This document shows, piece by piece, positions 1 through 9,816 of a DNA stretch of 52,996 nucleotides. The stretch lies in the NCBI GenBank assembly GCA_963675745.2, contig CAXXWX010000022.1, forward strand, positions 1-52,996, in the 5' to 3' direction. Every line of letters starts with the position of its first letter. Positions within the stretch are counted from its first letter, which is position 1. Origin of the DNA: Phycisphaerae bacterium (GTDB lineage Bacteria > Planctomycetota > Phycisphaerae > UBA1845 > Fen-1342). The notes under the pieces were generated by a model. That model was not told the origin of the DNA. It was given only the letters and a program-made list of their open reading frames with translations, and made no database searches. Both the position numbers and the translations under genes were made by a program.

Positions 1-1
1 A

Positions 2-1801
2 TGCATCGTCACCGTCGCGGACGACACCGCTCCGACGCTCGGCGCGCTCGGCGGGCCCTATAGCGTTACCGGCGACCAGGCCGGCAGCGGCGCGGTGCCG
101 GACTTCCAGGCCACTGTGCTGGCCGCCGCAGCCGACAATTGCGACGACAGTCTGGCATACAGCCAGAACCCGGCCGCCGGCACCCTGCTGGCAATCGGCG
201 TCCACAACGTTGCGGTGAGCGTCACCGACGACGCCGGCAATGTCGGGCCGGGCACCGTGCAACTCGAGGTTCTCGATCCCAACGCCGGGGAAGGCGGCTT
301 TACGACGGCGGTCATCGTGCACCGGGGCAGCGAACAGGTCATCGCCGGTCCGGAAGTGGATGCGTCCTTCGGCACCGTAACACCCGCCGGCTACACGCCA
401 ACGCGGAGCAAAGCCGTGGCCATCAGCGGTGACGGCCTGAAAGTCTGGTTCAGCCTCTACGACGAGTTCCCCAATGTCGAGGGTGATCCACAGACACAGC
501 TCTGGTCGGTGAATATCGACGGCTCCGGCGGACAGCGCTCAACGCTGCCAAGCGAGAATCTGAGCTATGGTCTCCCGCTGGAAACCAATATCGATGGCAG
601 CGTGTGCTACGCAGACAACGGCGCGGCCAAGAAAATGTACCGCGCCACCCCCGGACAGGCCGCCACCACCGCGTTCACCTACTGGACCGAAGCCGGCGGC
701 TGGGTCTACGGCGACATCCGCGGCGAGTTCAAGATCACCGACGACGCAACGAAGATGATCTACCGGAGCTATGTGAACACGCGGATTTACGGCGTCGACG
801 TATCCACGGGCGTCGGGACGCCGGTGGTCGTCGCCACGGGCGCCGGGCTGGAGTACGAAGGCATCGGCTCCCGAGGCTTCCCTTCGAACATCGACCTGGC
901 CGGCGATGGGTCGCGATGGATCTTCACCGCCAACTACTGGAAAAACGAGTGGGGCGCTAACCGAGACGCCGTCTGGATCGGCAGCGGCTTTGATGCGGGC
1001 GCCACACTGACCATGAAGACCGTGCCCGCTCCGGCGGAGCTCGCGCGCGAGGTGAGCATCACCGATGATGGCGACACGATCGGGTACACGATTGAGGAGG
1101 AGTACCTCAACGCCCCAACGCCGTTCATGGTCCAGGCGACGGATGGCAACACACGCCAGGAGATCGGCGACGGCCGTACGTCGGTGACGGGCCAGCTATC
1201 TGACAACGGGAACCGCGTGTACTACCGCACCTCGCGAGCCTACGGCCCCGGCAGCGGCAACAGTGTTTTGGTGGACGTGGCTACGGGCCGCCGCCTGCCC
1301 GCCGGCACGGGGCTGTTCGACGATGCGCCCGGTGTGGATAGCGGCAACATCCGCATGAGCGATGATGGACAGACGTTCGTGGCCGGCTCCAGCAAGGGCG
1401 TTTGGACGCTCCGTGACGGTGTCGACGGGCTGACCGGCTTCCCGTCGATCGACAGCATCGCGTATCGGTTCAACGAGGACTGCACGATGACGATTCGCGT
1501 TGCCGTCACCGCGCCGCGCGGCGTACACAACATCTACGTGACGCCTCATATCGAAGGTGAGCCACCGACGAGCGTGGTTGCCGCCGATGTGAATCCGACG
1601 TTCTCATTCCGCTGGGGAAGCTTCGATTTCGAGGAGCTCGAAGACGAGACCGGCGTCTGGGAGCGAACCGTCGCGTTGACCAATGGTGATGATGGGGCGT
1701 GTGCGCAGGACTTGCTCACGTCTGACTTCGTCTTCCGCGTCGTGCTGCTCGATGCGAATGAGACGATGGCCATCTTCCAGGACTTCACGGTGCCCGATTA
1801 A
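2..1801 (+). CDS. 5'-truncated exported protein: HYR-like Ig domain followed by TolB/WD40-like beta-propeller repeats
   Basis: Frame is open from base 2 (CIVTVADDTAPTL...), so the start lies upstream of the window. DTAP...DNCD...SQNPAAGT...V.VTDDAGN is a HYR-like motif. Repeats such as AISGDG, ITDDA, LAGDG, ITDDG, LSDNG and MSDDG are typical propeller blades. Confidence 0.7.
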   Translation, partial: CIVTVADDTAPTLGALGGPYSVTGDQAGSGAVPDFQATVLAAAADNCDDSLAYSQNPAAGTLLAIGVHNVAVSVTDDAGNVGPGTVQLEVLDPNAGEGGFTTAVIVHRGSEQVIAGPEVDASFGTVTPAGYTPTRSKAVAISGDGLKVWFSLYDEFPNVEGDPQTQLWSVNIDGSGGQRSTLPSENLSYGLPLETNIDGSVCYADNGAAKKMYRATPGQAATTAFTYWTEAGGWVYGDIRGEFKITDDATKMIYRSYVNTRIYGVDVSTGVGTPVVVATGAGLEYEGIGSRGFPSNIDLAGDGSRWIFTANYWKNEWGANRDAVWIGSGFDAGATLTMKTVPAPAELAREVSITDDGDTIGYTIEEEYLNAPTPFMVQATDGNTRQEIGDGRTSVTGQLSDNGNRVYYRTSRAYGPGSGNSVLVDVATGRRLPAGTGLFDDAPGVDSGNIRMSDDGQTFVAGSSKGVWTLRDGVDGLTGFPSIDSIAYRFNEDCTMTIRVAVTAPRGVHNIYVTPHIEGEPPTSVVAADVNPTFSFRWGSFDFEELEDETGVWERTVALTNGDDGACAQDLLTSDFVFRVVLLDANETMAIFQDFTVPD

Positions 1802-1834
1802 GCAGCCGTACACGGCACCGCGAGCGATGCCATT

Positions 1835-1890
1835 CAGTACCCCAAGCGTGAGCGATCGGCGAAAATCCGACGCTGGCGCTTGGGGTACTG
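1835..1890. terminator. Hairpin between convergent genes (bidirectional terminator or REP)
   Basis: Perfect 14-bp inverted repeat CAGTACCCCAAGCG (1835-1848) / CGCTTGGGGTACTG (1877-1890). Confidence 0.55.
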
Positions 1891-1908
1891 TGTAGTGCCT
1901 GCGGCGAC

Positions 1909-2391
1909 CTAAGCTTCACACCCGCACGATTCTGCCCACTGCGACGGAATATCAAACCCCGCCAGCGCCACATCGAATAACCAGTGCAGAAACACCTGCC
2001 AGGGACGGCTGAACCAGTCACACGTACCGTCGATGAGCTCGCCCGACGCCGGCCCGACAATGTCAGGCGTCCCCGCCATGGAGCCTTCATCATCACCAAT
2101 AAGGCAGCCGGCCTCGTCGTAGCAGCACTGACTGCCGTACTCATCGCCGTAACCACGATAGCACGAGTCGGCCCCGACGTGCGTCACCAGCGGGGCCACT
2201 GTGTCACGACACCAGCCGTCCGCCGCTGTCCACCCCGGCGCGCTCAGTGGGCAACCCTGCGCGTTGGCCACTTCCGGGCATGACGCCGACGGCTCGACGT
2301 AATACAGCCCGCCGTCAGGCGTCACGAACGGACATCCCCCCAGAACGCCACACAGGCATGCACTGGCGAGGAGCGCCGTTGGTCTTGTCAT
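1909..2391 (-). CDS. Cys-rich lipoprotein with AMOP-like domain
   Basis: Lipobox VLGG-C at about residue 20. Motif HVGADSCYR...GSQCCYDEAGCLI...AGTPD...H...DV resembles AMOP domains. Confidence 0.65.
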   Translation of the reverse strand: MTRPTALLASACLCGVLGGCPFVTPDGGLYYVEPSASCPEVANAQGCPLSAPGWTAADGWCRDTVAPLVTHVGADSCYRGYGDEYGSQCCYDEAGCLIGDDEGSMAGTPDIVGPASGELIDGTCDWFSRPWQVFLHWLFDVALAGFDIPSQWAESCGCEA

Positions 2392-2487
2392 GAGTCATCC
2401 CGTCGAACAGCGGCGACTGCCGCCGCTGGCATTTAGTTGTCCAACGATCAGGGTTATATCGCGGGGGCGTTTGGGGCTCAAATGGCG

Positions 2488-2594
2488 AAGTCAGAGGTCA
2501 GAGGTCAGAGGTCAGAAGCCAGAAACGCGCTACCGAGTGCAAAACGGGTTTCGAGCGCGAGTATCTGCATTCTGCCTTCTGCATTCCGCATTCT
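2488..2594. repeat. Heptamer tandem repeats (GTCAGAG)n and (TTCTGCA)n-like
   Basis: gtcagaggtcagaggtcagaggtcagaagccaga followed by tctgcattctgccttctgcattccgcattct. Confidence 0.75.
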
Positions 2595-2611
2595 CCCCTT
2601 ATCTTTCCCCC

Positions 2612-3316
2612 ATGACACAAACCGAGCTTAGTTCGGCGGGGTATGAGCTTGACGACGCCGAGTACGCGCTCCTGGGGCGCTTTGTTGACGCGCTGCTTGC
2701 CGAGAACGCGCGTGTCAATCTGACCGGCACGCGTGAGCCGCGCGCTCTGTGGGGACAACATATCTGCGACAGTCTGGCGCTGCTGAGACCGTTGGAGGAG
2801 GCCAGGCCGCAAAGCCTGCTTGATGTGGGCACGGGCGGTGGCTTGCCGGGCATCGCGATCGCCTGTGTTTGCCCGGGGCTGCGCGTGACATTGCTGGATG
2901 CGACCCGGAAGAAACTGGATGCGCTGGATCGGATTATTCGTGAGTTGGCCCTGGATGATGTGAAGACGCTTTGGGGCCGCGCCGAGACGCTCGCACACGA
3001 TGCGGCGTACCGTGAGAGCTTTGACGCCGTCACAGTGCGCGCGGTTGGCGATTTGCGTGTGTGTATCGAGTATGCCGCCGGCTTCATCAGGCCGGGCGGG
3101 CAGGCGTGGTTTTATCGCGGCACGCAGTCGGTCGAGGCGGACGTGGCGCGCGGCGAGCGCGCCGCCGGCCGCTGCCGCATGTCGCACGTGTCCACCTGGC
3201 TCTACGACCTGCCGGCCCCCCACGGCACACGAGCATTGGCGGTGTACGTTAAGGACAACCCCCTGCCGACGAGCCTCCCCCGCGCCGCGGGCACGCCAAA
3301 GCTAAAGCCGCTGTGA
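2612..3316 (+). CDS. rsmG: 16S rRNA (guanine527-N7)-methyltransferase RsmG/GidB
   Basis: N..VNLTG, HICDSL, LLDVGTGGGLPGI, GRAE and R..G.PK.KPL motifs. Start reassigned to ATG 2612 because the upstream extension runs through tandem repeats. Confidence 0.95.
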   Translation: MTQTELSSAGYELDDAEYALLGRFVDALLAENARVNLTGTREPRALWGQHICDSLALLRPLEEARPQSLLDVGTGGGLPGIAIACVCPGLRVTLLDATRKKLDALDRIIRELALDDVKTLWGRAETLAHDAAYRESFDAVTVRAVGDLRVCIEYAAGFIRPGGQAWFYRGTQSVEADVARGERAAGRCRMSHVSTWLYDLPAPHGTRALAVYVKDNPLPTSLPRAAGTPKLKPL

Positions 3317-3323
3317 GTGGCGA

Positions 3324-3470
3324 GGAACAGGGAACGGGGAACGGGGAACAGGGAACAAAAACGGAAGGGCCGGTCGCCCCACCCTTTATCCAACAACCCG
3401 TGTTCCAGCCCCCGTTCCCTGTTCCCTGTTCCCCGTTCCCCGTTCCCCGTTCCCTGTTCCCCGTTCCCTG
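3324..3470. repeat. Inverted pair of heptamer arrays (GGGAAC[A/G])n ... ([C/T]GTTCCC)n
   Basis: ggaacagggaacggggaacggggaacagggaac (~3324-3357) and its reverse-complement array (~3412-3470). Confidence 0.85.
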
Positions 3471-3489
3471 AATCTCTTATAACTCCCCC

Positions 3490-4239
3490 ATGCTCGACCG
3501 CATCCGCATCGTGCTGTACCACCCGACCGGACCGACCAACGTCGGTGCGGTCAGCCGAGCGATGGCGAACATGGGCCTCGCCGAGCTAGTGCTGGTCGCG
3601 CCTAAAAACCCCACCGACCATGAACAGTCAATCGCCTACGCCAGCCACGGCCTGCACGTCCTGCAACGGGCCCGGACCGTCGACACGCTCGAAGAATCCC
3701 TCAACGACTGCGTCAAGACCTACGCCACGTCGTCAAAGCTCGGCCTCTACCGCAGGCAAGCCGCCATCGTCCCCCACGAGGCGGCCCGCGAGGCACTCGC
3801 GCAGGCACGCACCGGCCCGGTCGCAATAGCCTTCGGCCCCGAGAGCTTCGGATTCCGCAACCGCGAACTCCTGCTTTTTGACCGGATTATCACGATTCCG
3901 GCGGATGACGAATACCCCGTGCTGAATCTGGCGGCGGCGGTGACGATCGTCTGCTACGAGGTGCGCAAGGCGTGGCACGGCCTGCGTGATGAATCCCTGC
4001 TGCCGCGTGCGATTGACCATGAACCGGCGCCGGACCAGCGCAAGCAGATCCTGTTCGCCAAGCTCTTCGATGCGCTCGATAATATCGGCTTCTTCTCGGA
4101 TCAGAGTCCGGATAAGCTGAAATACGCCATCCGCCACCTGTTCGGACGCTTTGAGATGACCGTCCACGAGGCGGATGTGATGATTGGAATGGCTCAGCAG
4201 ATTCGCTGGTACGCCGACCACCATCGCAAGCTCACGTGA
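3490..4239 (+). CDS. trmJ: SPOUT RNA methyltransferase, TrmJ/LasT family
   Basis: NVGAVSRAMANMG, FGPE..G, ITIP..YPVLNLAAAVTIVCYE and a TrmJ-type C-terminal helical domain. Confidence 0.85.
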   Translation: MLDRIRIVLYHPTGPTNVGAVSRAMANMGLAELVLVAPKNPTDHEQSIAYASHGLHVLQRARTVDTLEESLNDCVKTYATSSKLGLYRRQAAIVPHEAAREALAQARTGPVAIAFGPESFGFRNRELLLFDRIITIPADDEYPVLNLAAAVTIVCYEVRKAWHGLRDESLLPRAIDHEPAPDQRKQILFAKLFDALDNIGFFSDQSPDKLKYAIRHLFGRFEMTVHEADVMIGMAQQIRWYADHHRKLT

Positions 4240-4519
4240 GCCCGGCGGGTGCTGATATTCCGCCGCGCCACCGCGGCGCACAATCCCGTTTTTTCGCCAG
4301 AGCCCCGTAAATACTCGTTGAATTCTCAAAAAGTGTTCTTGGCGCGAGGCCGCGCTCCCTTAAAATGGAGGTCGTCTTGAGGAGGACGATGCTTCAGCTT
4401 TGAGATACTGGAGGCCGCACGAGATGCGCCTGTTCTGGCGTACAGGTTGGCGGTCATCGAACGGGTTCAGTCGGTGCTGGCCTGTTGTCTTAAGGATCAA
4501 GTCTCGGAGGAGGATTGCA

Positions 4520-5416
4520 ATGAGGAAGGTAGTTTGTTTTGCCGCGATAGCGGCATTGACATCGGTCGCCTTCGGGCAGGTCGCGATCAACGAGGTCGAC
4601 TACAACGGCCCCGGCACAGACATGACCGAGTGGATCGAGTTGACTGGAGCGGCCGGCACTGATCTGACTGGTTGGACGATCAAGCTGTACAACCAGGGCG
4701 CAGAGTACGCAGCCTACCCACTCACCGGCAGCATCCCGAATGACTTCAGCAGCCCGTGGGGCGGCGACGGTGGCTTTTACGTGATGGGCATTTTCGACGC
4801 CACCACTGCGGCCGTGTTTGGAGCGCCGGACTACACCCCCGCCGGTTGGGTTTCGGACGAAATCCAGAACGGCCCGAATGACTCGATCGTGCTCTTCAAC
4901 AATCTGGGCGCGGTCGTCGACGAGTGGGAGTATGACAGCGACACACCCGGCTCGAACTCCATCCTGGGATTCAGCCAGGCGTTCGGCGACTACGATGGTG
5001 CCGGTACGGCCGGTGACATCACGACTTACCAGTCGCTAGGCCGGCTGGGCTACAGCTATGACGAGCCCATCTTCGTCTTTGACGATCCGCAGGCTCAGCT
5101 CGGCGTCGTGAGCTGGAACTACACGTTCGATCACGACCTCAACATCGCCTACAGCGGCACCGGCCCGGCCTGGACTTCGCCGGCCTACACCGGCGCGGCG
5201 TTCACCACCGTCGGCCCGTACACGGAAGCCGCCACCGGCGAGATTCAGTACAGCGGCACCTCGGCCTACGGTGCGAACCGTGGCCTGACCCCCGGCACGT
5301 TTAACAACGCGTACTACGGCGCGGGTGGCCAGGATCCGTACACGATCAACATCGTTCCCGAGCCGGCTTCGCTGCTTCTGCTCGCGTTGGGCGCGCTCGC
5401 ACTGCGTCGCCGCTAG
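4520..5416 (+). CDS. PEP-CTERM protein with N-terminal lamin-tail-like domain
   Basis: GGAGGAGG RBS; signal peptide; INEVDY.G...EWIEL.G..G.DL.GW (LTD motif); C-terminal VPEPASLLLLALGALALRRR. Confidence 0.85.
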   Translation: MRKVVCFAAIAALTSVAFGQVAINEVDYNGPGTDMTEWIELTGAAGTDLTGWTIKLYNQGAEYAAYPLTGSIPNDFSSPWGGDGGFYVMGIFDATTAAVFGAPDYTPAGWVSDEIQNGPNDSIVLFNNLGAVVDEWEYDSDTPGSNSILGFSQAFGDYDGAGTAGDITTYQSLGRLGYSYDEPIFVFDDPQAQLGVVSWNYTFDHDLNIAYSGTGPAWTSPAYTGAAFTTVGPYTEAATGEIQYSGTSAYGANRGLTPGTFNNAYYGAGGQDPYTINIVPEPASLLLLALGALALRRR

Positions 5417-5495
5417 TTTGTGCAGTAATCTAATATGCGCGGCAATGCCCGCGCGGTGCAAATAAACGCCCTAGAGGCACTTGGAGGAGAATAAG

Positions 5496-6194
5496 ATGTA
5501 CAAAGTACTTGTTTCAATCGCTGTCTTGGCGATGGCCACAACGGCCATTGGCCAGACAACCCTGCTAATCGAAGATTTCGAAGACATCGTGGTCGAATAC
5601 ACCACCTCCACGCCGGAGTTCTCGGACGGAGCGGGTGACTTCTGGTTCAACACCTCTGGTCCGCTCACCCATGGTACGTTCGTCGAGTACTTCGGCGCCG
5701 ATGGTGGCATCTTCAACGGCATGGACCTCGATGGCGAAGGCGCCACGCTGCCGCTCGTGATGGACTTCAGCGGCATCGACATCGCCGGCTTCACCGGTCT
5801 GGTGTTCGGCATTGATCTCGCCGAAGATGACGACGGGACCAATGAGGACTGGGACCTGCCCGACTACGTCCACGTCGACTACCAGATCGACGGCGGCGGC
5901 TATCAGAATCTGCTGTGGGTCGAGTCGATTCCGAATGAGACCATTTACAACGCAGTTCCGGGCATTGACGTGGACTTCGATGGCACTGGCGACGGCCCGG
6001 CCATTACCAGCACGTTTGCTCCGTTCAGTGCGGCCATTGGCGGCACCGGCAGCACGCTGGACCTCCGCATCACCTGGCAGCTTGACTCAGGTGACGAGGA
6101 TCTGGCCATTGATAACGTTCAGATCACCGGTGTGCCCGAGCCGGCCAGCCTGCTTCTGCTTGGTCTGGGCTTCCTGGCGATCCGTCGCCGCTAA
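5496..6194 (+). CDS. PEP-CTERM protein (acidic beta-sandwich)
   Basis: GGAGGAG RBS, signal peptide, C-terminal VPEPASLLLLGLGFLAIRRR. Confidence 0.85.
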   Translation: MYKVLVSIAVLAMATTAIGQTTLLIEDFEDIVVEYTTSTPEFSDGAGDFWFNTSGPLTHGTFVEYFGADGGIFNGMDLDGEGATLPLVMDFSGIDIAGFTGLVFGIDLAEDDDGTNEDWDLPDYVHVDYQIDGGGYQNLLWVESIPNETIYNAVPGIDVDFDGTGDGPAITSTFAPFSAAIGGTGSTLDLRITWQLDSGDEDLAIDNVQITGVPEPASLLLLGLGFLAIRRR

Positions 6195-6226
6195 GCTGTA
6201 GCAGCGAAAGCAACACTCGTAACACC

Positions 6227-6265
6227 CGCCGGGTGGGCAGCCGCCGTTGTCCGCCCGGCGTTTTT
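6227..6265 (+). terminator. Rho-independent terminator
   Basis: CGCCGGGTGGGCAGC-cgcc-GTTGTCCGCCCGGCG followed by TTTTT. Confidence 0.75.
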
Positions 6266-6349
6266 GCGCGCGGGCGCAATCGCGCGAACGCTCTGGGCCG
6301 TGGCGGCTCGCGGCGCGGACCGATGACGCGAATGGGCGGTTTCGGTGTG

Positions 6350-6409
6350 CGACGGCCTGCGAGGCGCAGGCCGCTACATTTGCGGGTGCCCCATGGCTTG
6401 CCGTGGGGG
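6350..6409. repeat. REP-like palindromes (family A plus a GGGTG-type copy)
   Basis: CGACGGCCTGCGAGGCGCAGGCCGCTAC recurs at 31321, 40092 and 40126. It is followed by GGGTGCCCCATGGCTTGCCGTGGGG. Confidence 0.7.
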
Positions 6410-6439
6410 AACGACGAATGCCTTGGTGTGTCGTGCCTG

Positions 6440-6868
6440 TCAGTCCCCGCCCAGCTCCGCTTCGAGCAGCTTCTTGACCTTGTCGCAATCATCGCTGTTA
6501 TCGAATGCCAGCGTTGTAACCTGTCGATCGCCCAGGGCCAGCGCTGAGAATCCGCGCAGGCTCACGTTCGCGTCCGAAGCCACCTTGGCAATGCGCGCCC
6601 CGAGCCCGCGCATGTCAGGCCCTTCGATACGCACGGCCCGGAAGCTGTGGTCACGGGCCAGGCCGGCCTGCTGTGCAATCTCTATCTCTTCGAGCGTGCG
6701 CAACGGCGACACAAACAACAGCCCGCCGCCAATCGCCTGACGCCGGCTGATGATCAGCTCCAGGCTGAGCCCGCCCTCGCTCAGGGCTTGCAGTTTTTCG
6801 GCCAATGCGCCGGTGCGATCATCGAGCGCACCGACCCAAACGTGTTCCTTGGTGATTCGGTAAGACAT
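6440..6868 (-). CDS. ACT-domain protein (tandem ACT)
   Basis: DDRTGALAEKL..L...G and GPD.RGLGARI...A..NVSL are two ACT-like loops. ATG 6868 has a GGGGAG RBS. Confidence 0.75.
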   Translation of the reverse strand: MSYRITKEHVWVGALDDRTGALAEKLQALSEGGLSLELIISRRQAIGGGLLFVSPLRTLEEIEIAQQAGLARDHSFRAVRIEGPDMRGLGARIAKVASDANVSLRGFSALALGDRQVTTLAFDNSDDCDKVKKLLEAELGGD

Positions 6869-6983
6869 CGTTTCGTCTCCCCAATTCATCTCGCCGGCAA
6901 CGGTTAGCCTCTTCACCACGCAATGTACCGAGTGTCGCGCCGCACGGCAAACTGCCCCATCACCGCCCGCCCGGGAGGCACCG

Positions 6984-8171
6984 TCAACGGCTGATGAATA
7001 GGTCCATCAGACCGTGTGCCGGATCAACCATCCAGCCGCCGGCCCGCGCATCTTTCTCATTGAACGGCCGTCGCTCGACCGGCTTGATGTCGTGGCCGGC
7101 ATAGCAGAACGGCGGCGGCTCGGCCGAATGTGCCGTCGTCGCCACGGGTGTCGGGTGATCCGGAGCAACCAGCACACGCCACGCATCATCCTCACGCAGC
7201 CGGTCAAGCACAGGCCCGACCACGAGATCATCCGTGCGCTCGAGGGCTGTAATCTTCTCGCCGGCGTCGCCAAGATGGCCCGCTTCGTCCGGCGCCTCCA
7301 CGTGTACGATCACCAGGTCATAGTCATCCAGGGCCCGCACCGCCGCCGTGCCCTTGCCGACGTAGTCCGTGTCAATATAGCCCGTGGCACCCGGAACCTC
7401 TATCAGTTCCATCCCCATGGACAGCGCCAGCCCGCGAATGATGTCCACTCCGGTGATGACCGCGGCGCGAACGCCGAATCGTTCGCGAAATGGCGGAACC
7501 GGCTTTGGACGTCCCTGGCCCCACAGCCAGATATCACTCACCGGCACGCGCCCCGCCGCCCGCCGCGCTTCGTTGATCGGATGGTCCCGCAGCATATCCG
7601 CCGCGGTGTCCATTATCGCACGCACGCGATCCTGCCCCTGCCCCGCCGGCAGGTGATCGGCGACCGGTTCACCCGGAATGTCGTGCGGCGGCGCGCAGCG
7701 CAGCTCATAGTCCGCCGCCGCACCGAGGATCAACAGATTGCGATATGACACGCCCGCGTGGAAGCGGCACTTGTCGCCGGCGAACAGCGTGTTCAAATCG
7801 GCGATCAGACGCTCGGCCTCATCCTGCGCTATATGGTCGGCCGTGAAATCGTTCATGCACCCATCCGCAATCGTAACGAAGTTGCAGCGGAAGATAATCT
7901 CGTCAGGACCGGCGCTCAGCCCGCGCGCCACGGCCTCAATCGGCGCGCGGCCCGTGTAGTATTCGTGCGGGTCATAGCCCAGCAACGCCATCGTGGCCAC
8001 GTCAGTGCCCGGCGTAAACCCAGCGGGCACGGTGAGCGCTCTGCCCAGGCGTCCGTTGCGCGCCACCCAGTCCATGTGCGGGATATTCGCCGCTTCCAGC
8101 GGTGTGCGCCCGCCAAGTTGCGGCAAAGGCTCGTCCGCGGCGCCGTCGGGGAGGATGATCGCGTACTTCAT
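6984..8171 (-). CDS. apgM: Cofactor-independent phosphoglycerate mutase (ApgM; family also proposed as homoserine kinase-like)
   Basis: MKY.IILPDG.AD, PGTDV, FRCN, GVSYR, IWLWGQG, HVEAPDEAGH, APDHPTP. Confidence 0.9.
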   Translation of the reverse strand: MKYAIILPDGAADEPLPQLGGRTPLEAANIPHMDWVARNGRLGRALTVPAGFTPGTDVATMALLGYDPHEYYTGRAPIEAVARGLSAGPDEIIFRCNFVTIADGCMNDFTADHIAQDEAERLIADLNTLFAGDKCRFHAGVSYRNLLILGAAADYELRCAPPHDIPGEPVADHLPAGQGQDRVRAIMDTAADMLRDHPINEARRAAGRVPVSDIWLWGQGRPKPVPPFRERFGVRAAVITGVDIIRGLALSMGMELIEVPGATGYIDTDYVGKGTAAVRALDDYDLVIVHVEAPDEAGHLGDAGEKITALERTDDLVVGPVLDRLREDDAWRVLVAPDHPTPVATTAHSAEPPPFCYAGHDIKPVERRPFNEKDARAGGWMVDPAHGLMDLFISR

Positions 8172-8223
8172 TGAGACTTCCTGTATTTGACCCGCATGCT
8201 CATGCGGTAGTTAAGCCCAACCG

Positions 8224-8247
8224 CACCGGTTGAAAACCGGTACCACA
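8224..8247. repeat. REP-like hairpin (same family as the IS4 target)
   Basis: CACCGGTTGAAAACCGGTACCACA; its reverse complement differs by 1 nt from the reconstructed empty IS site at 48420. Confidence 0.7.
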
Positions 8248-8265
8248 TCGGTCCCGCAGTAGGCT

Positions 8266-9729
8266 CTAGCCTTTCACAACGCCGACGGGGCGCAGGCGCG
8301 CCACGCGCCTGCTGATACCGGCATCGTGCAACACGTCGACAACTTGCACGACATCCTTATAAGCGGCCGGCTGTTCTTCGTTAAGACCGGCGCGGCTCTT
8401 GGAACGCACAAACACGCCGCGATCGAGCAACTCCCGGTGAATCGACCGGCCCTTGGCCGCCTTGTTGGCGGCGGTGCGCGACATCAAGCGCCCCGCGCCG
8501 TGGCAGGCGCTGCCGAAAGTCTCGCTCATCGCTCCGGGCGTGCCTACCAGGATGTAACTGTAACGCCCCATATCGCCGGGGACGAGCACGGGTTGCCCCA
8601 CCTGGCGATAGGCCGCCGGCACGTCTTCATGCCCGGCTGGAAAGGCGCGCGTGGCCCCCTTGCGGTGTACGCACAAAGAGCGCTCCACACCATCCACGTC
8701 AAAGCGTTCAATCTTCGCGATGTTGTGGGCCACGTCATAGACCAACCGCATTCCGAGTTGGTCGGCGGATCGGCTCAGGGCTTTCTCGAACGCGCGGCGA
8801 ACGAGGTGAGTCATGATCTGCCGATTGGCCCAGGCGTAGTTCGCCGCGGCGCGCATCGCGCCCAGATAACGTTGCCCCTCATCCGAGTGCACCGGCGCGC
8901 AGACGAGCTGCCGATCGGGCAGTTCGATGCCGTACTTCTTCGGCACGTCGCGCAGAGCCTTGAGTGCATCGTCGCACACCTGGTAACCGAGGCCGCGCGA
9001 ACCGGAGTGGATCATCACGCACACCTGCCCGACGGCGAGCCCGAAGGCCCCGGCGGCCTCTTCGTCCTCGATTTTCTCGATAACCTGGACCTCCAGGAAG
9101 TGGTTGCCGGCCCCGAGCGACCCGCACTGAGTCTCCCCGCGCTCGAACGCGCGCTCCGACACGAAACCCGGCCGGGCGTTCTCAAGGCATCCGTGGGCCT
9201 CGGTAACCTCGATGTCTTCGGGCCTGCCATAGCCGCGCTCAACAACGTACCGCGCGCCGCGTTCGAGCAACTGGCCCAACTCGGGCTTCTTGAACCGGCT
9301 CGCCCCACCGCTGCCAACGCCGCACGGCACCGTGTCAAACAGCGCATCAACCAGCGCGGGCACGCACCCCTTTACATCAGCGTAGTCGATATCGGAGCGT
9401 ACCAGGCGCACGCCGCAGTTGATGTCGTAGCCGACGCCGCCCGGGCTGATCACGCCGCCCTCGGCCGGATCGGTGGCCGCAACGCCGCCGATGGCGAAGC
9501 CATAACCCCAGTGAATGTCGGGCATGGCGAGCGAAGCACTGACAATGCCAGGCAAACACGCGACGTTGGCAACTTGCTCCGGAGCGTTGTCCTGGCGAAT
9601 CTTGTCGATGAGCGCGGCGTTTGCATAGATGATGCCGTCCACGCGCATGTCAGCCCGGTGCGCTTTGGGAATGCGCCAGCGATTCTCGTCAAGGCGTTCG
9701 AGCGGGCCGTCGTAGCCGCGTTTGCCCAT
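8266..9729 (-). CDS. rtcB: RNA 3'-phosphate/5'-OH ligase RtcB (archaeal/eukaryote-like long form)
   Basis: MPDIHWGYGF.IGGV, GVGYDINCG, G.GNHFLE, HSGSRG, YDVAHN, HRKGAT, HGAGR, AYKD. Confidence 0.97.
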   Translation of the reverse strand: MGKRGYDGPLERLDENRWRIPKAHRADMRVDGIIYANAALIDKIRQDNAPEQVANVACLPGIVSASLAMPDIHWGYGFAIGGVAATDPAEGGVISPGGVGYDINCGVRLVRSDIDYADVKGCVPALVDALFDTVPCGVGSGGASRFKKPELGQLLERGARYVVERGYGRPEDIEVTEAHGCLENARPGFVSERAFERGETQCGSLGAGNHFLEVQVIEKIEDEEAAGAFGLAVGQVCVMIHSGSRGLGYQVCDDALKALRDVPKKYGIELPDRQLVCAPVHSDEGQRYLGAMRAAANYAWANRQIMTHLVRRAFEKALSRSADQLGMRLVYDVAHNIAKIERFDVDGVERSLCVHRKGATRAFPAGHEDVPAAYRQVGQPVLVPGDMGRYSYILVGTPGAMSETFGSACHGAGRLMSRTAANKAAKGRSIHRELLDRGVFVRSKSRAGLNEEQPAAYKDVVQVVDVLHDAGISRRVARLRPVGVVKG

Positions 9730-9816
9730 GGTGTTTGCAGCTCCTTGAGAGCGATCAGCGGTCAGCTCGTGGGATCGACGTCCGGTCAGTCATCCGTGTT
9801 CCGCGCGCTGGTTTGA

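Noticed and set aside
2390..2611. N-terminal extension of RsmG
   Set aside because: It translates tandem repeats (RSEVRGQ, AFCLLHSAF); homology starts near ATG 2612.
3317..3589. Small ORF with GTGNRE/FPVPRS repeats
   Set aside because: Translation of the heptamer arrays.
4501..4522. GGAGGAGG-TTGCA motif shared with 12661-12682
   Set aside because: Mostly explained by a strong Shine-Dalgarno; only two instances.
8326..9816. 496-aa plus-strand ORF
   Set aside because: Antisense shadow of rtcB in high-GC DNA.
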